Positions 60,100 to 64,000 of a stretch of DNA of 64,000 bases are shown here, in pieces (the stretch's first letter is position 1; each line of letters starts with the position of its first letter). This stretch comes from Convolutriloba macropyga (lineage: Eukaryota), in the NCBI RefSeq assembly GCF_964194025.1, contig NC_134480.1, positions 25,668,001-25,732,000 on the forward strand, read 5' to 3'. The position numbers were made by a program, and so were the translations under genes. The notes below the pieces were generated by a model that had not been told where the DNA came from, made no database searches, and saw nothing but the letters and a program-made list of their open reading frames with translations.

Positions 60100-62500
60100 C
60101 TTTGAATTGGGCTTTGAGACACAGAAATGATTCTTAAGATATTGATATTGCAATTTTCAGCAACATTTAGTTAAAATTTGCAATTGACTTTATTTTTTTT
60201 TAAATTTTTGGGTCATTTTCGAGTTAATCGATCTTCAAGAGCCAATGAATGTTTCCAGGCTTTTCAGATATAATACTGCAGCAGTTTTTGGAAACAAAAA
60301 TTGGTTTTGAACATATTTTTGAAATAGGTATATTTAAAGGGATCAAATTTTGCCTTAGGGGTAAAAGCTTCAAAATTTTAGCAATGATAATATTTTTGTT
60401 AAGTTTGTTTGATTGTTTGTTTCTCAATTTTTGAGATGATTTTGTTTGTGTTTAACCTGGCATTGTTTAAACGATCTGCTGGTCAGGTAGAGTACTTCTA
60501 AATTTTTCTTTCAATTCTTTGAATTTTTTTCAGGACTTGTCCTGCTATGTTTTTTATTTCGTTGTCGCGATTTTTGTTACGACCTTTGTGACGTCACAAC
60601 CACTTCAGGTCCGCTTTTTGTTCATTCGTTCATGCAATTTCAACTGAAGTGCGTACGTGACGTCATTTTTCGTTTTTAGTGGAGCGAGTTTTTTTGTTCA
60701 TTCGCGTCCTTAAATTTTTGGTCACACTTGACTTACCTCACTCTCAAAAATGACTTCCTCACTTTGAAATTGACTTTTATGTACTTTAATCCAAAGAGAT
60801 AAGAAGAGATAAATGAAGGTTATTTGAGAGTAGCTAATAGAGGCAGCAAAGACTTTTACAGATTTTTAATATAAAATGTCAGCCTTCAATGAAGACGATT
60901 TTTTGGTCAGTCTTTTTTGCTGTTTTTTTGAGACTGCAGATCTACAAAGCTATTGCGGCTATTTTCTGGCAATCTGCCAGCCATGTTTTTTTTTAGTCAC
61001 CCAATGAGTCAGTGAGGAGTACAATAGCAACCGTGCTACCATATTAGATTCAAGTAGGAAATTTAAAAAAATTAACGTGATAAGAATGAAGAACAGAAGA
61101 GGTTTTTTCGATAATCTGGATATTTTATGAAGATCATTTTATTGAAATTGAGTCGACAGCTTTTACCATGATTTAAAAGCAACAGGTTTGAATATGAATA
61201 GTTCAGTCGTTGCTTGTGAAAAGTTTTAGGCCAATAGTTGATACCAAACTGTAATTTGTTATGCAAAGCTTTGATTTCCTCGCCTTTTCCTGCAACTCTA
61301 TAAATGAAGATATTTTTGTTACGACCCGCTTTATTGGGGGAAGGAACCATATGCTCAACTGTTTTTTTTTCTTCAGTCAATTTTTGCCGATCGATGCATT
61401 CATAGTACATAGTTGTGAATGCTATCATTAGAAAGCTGGTCCAGTGCAGAATTTGAAATTGAAAAGAATTTTTTGAACTTTGCGGTTTACCAGGAGCTAC
61501 GGGTGTTTAAAGTTTTGTGAATGTTATACTAATGTTCGTTGGATTGATGATATTTTTCGTAATTTTGCAAATTTTGATCAATTTCGGCTCAAAATATGAT
61601 GAAGTTGTTAAGGGTAGTTATATTGGTTTACGTTGAAGATATAAGAGAGTTGTTGAATCGTTTGAATCAACTGTTTTGTCTGAAATTTTTGCTTAATTTT
61701 AGAAAAGTCGGCATTTTTTCTTTTCACAAAAAGGATATCAAACATGCTTATTTGGCCCACTTTGTCTAGGTTGACTGGTAGCGAAGGCAAAAAAAAACTG
61801 CTGACAAAATCTTTTTTTTACTCGGATAAAGCCTTATGTTGCCTCCGGTTCCGGAGAAAGTGTTCTGGACCTAACATTTTGCGGTCTTTCGCTAATTTAT
61901 ATCGATGTTTATAAAAAGTGTTTCCTTTTTCTGATATATAAGAGTGTCAAAAAATTATTTCGCGTTTATATGGAGCGATTTAACGACCGAGCAGCATTAT
62001 AAAATTCTGTTTTGGTCTCATCGTTGATTTTTGCAATGAAAAAGGATTCGGATAGTTTTTTGGGTCTGTCCTTTTTAACATTTTTGATTTTTTTTAATGC
62101 CAATTACCGGCAAGTCTGTATTCATTTGAAGATTCAATTAATACGTGGTCACATTCATGTTCAAATGGGTGTGCTGATTTAAAGCTGCTGCTACGTGTTT
62201 TAATATGAGTTTTTGTATTTTTTTTTAGCTTTGATGCAATTAATTTTCGAAAACTTCGATTTTCGCGAAATGTCCGCTTCTTGGCGTGCAAAATCTAAAT
62301 GAATTAAGTTGGGGTTAGCTAAGCTGAATAATGATGAAGCTTTGTTCATTGAAGGGTATTAGTGTTTTTAGTTTTGTTTGAAAGTTGGTTAGAACTTGAT
62401 TTTTAGAAGTAATTGAGTTTGAGTAGAATCTTATTTTTTCTTTGACAAAATTAAGTTTTTACTCCAGAAATTAAATTAATGTTAGTTTGTTTCTTTAGCC
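60100..62500 (-). mobile_element. Highly decayed LINE relic(s) in the DDHD1-like intron
   Basis: Remnants KTRSSS...CDHVL (APE), GSFPNK and NYSLVS (RT N-terminus) occur in LINE order. Confidence 0.4.
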
Positions 62501-64000
62501 AAATGTGGATTATGATGATTGGTTCCTTTTTTTGTCCATTTTATGGAAAGAAAAAATAAACAGATTGGTATCAACCTCACTGATATATATGTCTGTCTTA
62601 ATTTGAGAATGCCTTATTAAAAAGAATGAACTACCCTTTTTTATTTTGATTTTTGGTATCTCGTCTTAATTTCGTAGATATATAAGCCGAGAATGTGGAT
62701 GAACGGGGTTGCAACATTGTGCTAACGCGCCTTACCGAGATTTTTTATGTTGTCTGGACATGGACGGGGGACATCAAAATGTCGGTACTGTATTGGAGCC
62801 ATCTTTAAGTAACTCGTAAAAGACAAAACGCTTGACATATTATTTGAATATAGTGGATAAATTAATTAGTTTTCCCTTTTCTTTTTTATCCTTCTTTCAT
62901 CACTTGCTTTCACTCTCTCTCGTAGAGTCAACCCAATTCTGTGTGCTTTAGCACTGGGGCCTGTGCACTATCTCCTCAGATTATAAGCTTAGGCGGAGTT
63001 AAAACTAATAGATTAATAGATCTTAAAGTATCTTATAACGAAACAGATTAATAACGGATATCCTTGAGACTTAGCATAAGTCACCTAAACTAGGTTCAGC
63101 TGACCAATCGTTATACCAAGGACCCGTCGTAGTATTTTGTTTCAATTTGACGATAATTGCATGCAGTTTATTTTTAATCTTCTCTGAGCACTTTTTTCTA
63201 CACCCTGCATAGATGTCCATTGACTAAAACTAACTATCAAGCATCCAGCTTTTGAATGGTTGATGAATGTTGAAAATGAAAAATAATGCTTGGAGTAAAA
63301 TTTTTATGAATTCAGTCGTTAATACTACTACTACACTACAGTTGGGTCTTATATCACTGCCAAGTAACTTAGAATTTAATCAAACAGAATTCTCGAACAA
63401 CGCTTTGCCTCTATTAAACGGAACGTTTTGCCTCGGACAACGCACTCGAAAATACTTTGCTAAATTTTAAATCAAAATTGTACTGAATCAACCATTAGCC
63501 AGTCTACAGCAACATAGAGAAATCTAGCAGCAGCACTCTAGCTTTTGGAGATGATGCCACACCAACTAAAAGTCAAAGCAAAATTATGCGGACCGTTATC
63601 CGTGACCATGCTTGTGCCCTTTTGTTAAAATGTGCCCGAATTCTGATATTGTAGCCGTTTCATGTTCAATGCACAACACTATATATAAATCGCAGCCAAA
63701 TATTAAACTATACCGGAAGGATTGTCGAATTTAAATTGGAACGATAAATATTTTGTCAAATTATCAACTCAATTATCAACATAATATTTAATACTGTCTA
63801 GATATTGCTCTATTAAGTCTCTGAGCTAATGGGACAGTGTGCCGGGTTCAATGTTTACTATATGTATTTGCCACCGAAATCAGTTTTCGACTTGTTTATT
63901 TTTTGGAGTTTGACGCTAGGTATTATTTTAATGCGCATGTAGTATAGACGTGAAGCAAATATGACAGTTTAACAAATGAACGAGGAAATATTTGCAAATT

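Noticed and set aside
60580-60670. TGACGTCA cAMP-response elements as a regulatory module
   Set aside because: Two octamers lie within what looks like a small repeat insertion, with no independent support for function.
59537-64000. Third exon of the DDHD1-like gene
   Set aside because: No segment encoding the expected RG.WF motif with suitable splice sites was seen; it probably lies beyond the window.

Overview
AT-rich, transposon-dense eukaryotic DNA, most likely from an invertebrate animal (spliceosomal introns, DDHD1-like gene), with three N gaps. Two host genes are supported. One is a 4-exon gene (43458-47742, +) encoding a ~494-aa protein with seven TIS11-type CCCH zinc fingers and a G/Y/N-rich low-complexity tail. 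The other is the first two coding exons of a DDHD1/PA-PLA1-like phospholipase (58891-59536, +). Most other recognisable sequence is mobile DNA: Tc1/mariner, probable MULE and Gypsy relics, a near-intact CR1/L2-group LINE (21185-25080), many decayed LINEs, CRE-clade (RT+REL) elements, three Penelope-like elements (PLEs), tRNA-derived SINEs, MITEs/foldbacks and ~155-bp tandem repeats. The main finding is that all three diverged PLE copies carry a C4HC3 PHD finger inserted inside the reverse transcriptase, between motif B' (GLAMG..LAN) and the catalytic Y[V/I]DD motif. An unrelated neighbouring CRE element has its own N-terminal PHD finger. The near-intact LINE has an A-AAA-AAC slippery heptamer at its ORF1/ORF2 junction, placed where a -1 frameshift would fuse the two ORFs. 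All calls come from manual reading and translation; no database searches were run.
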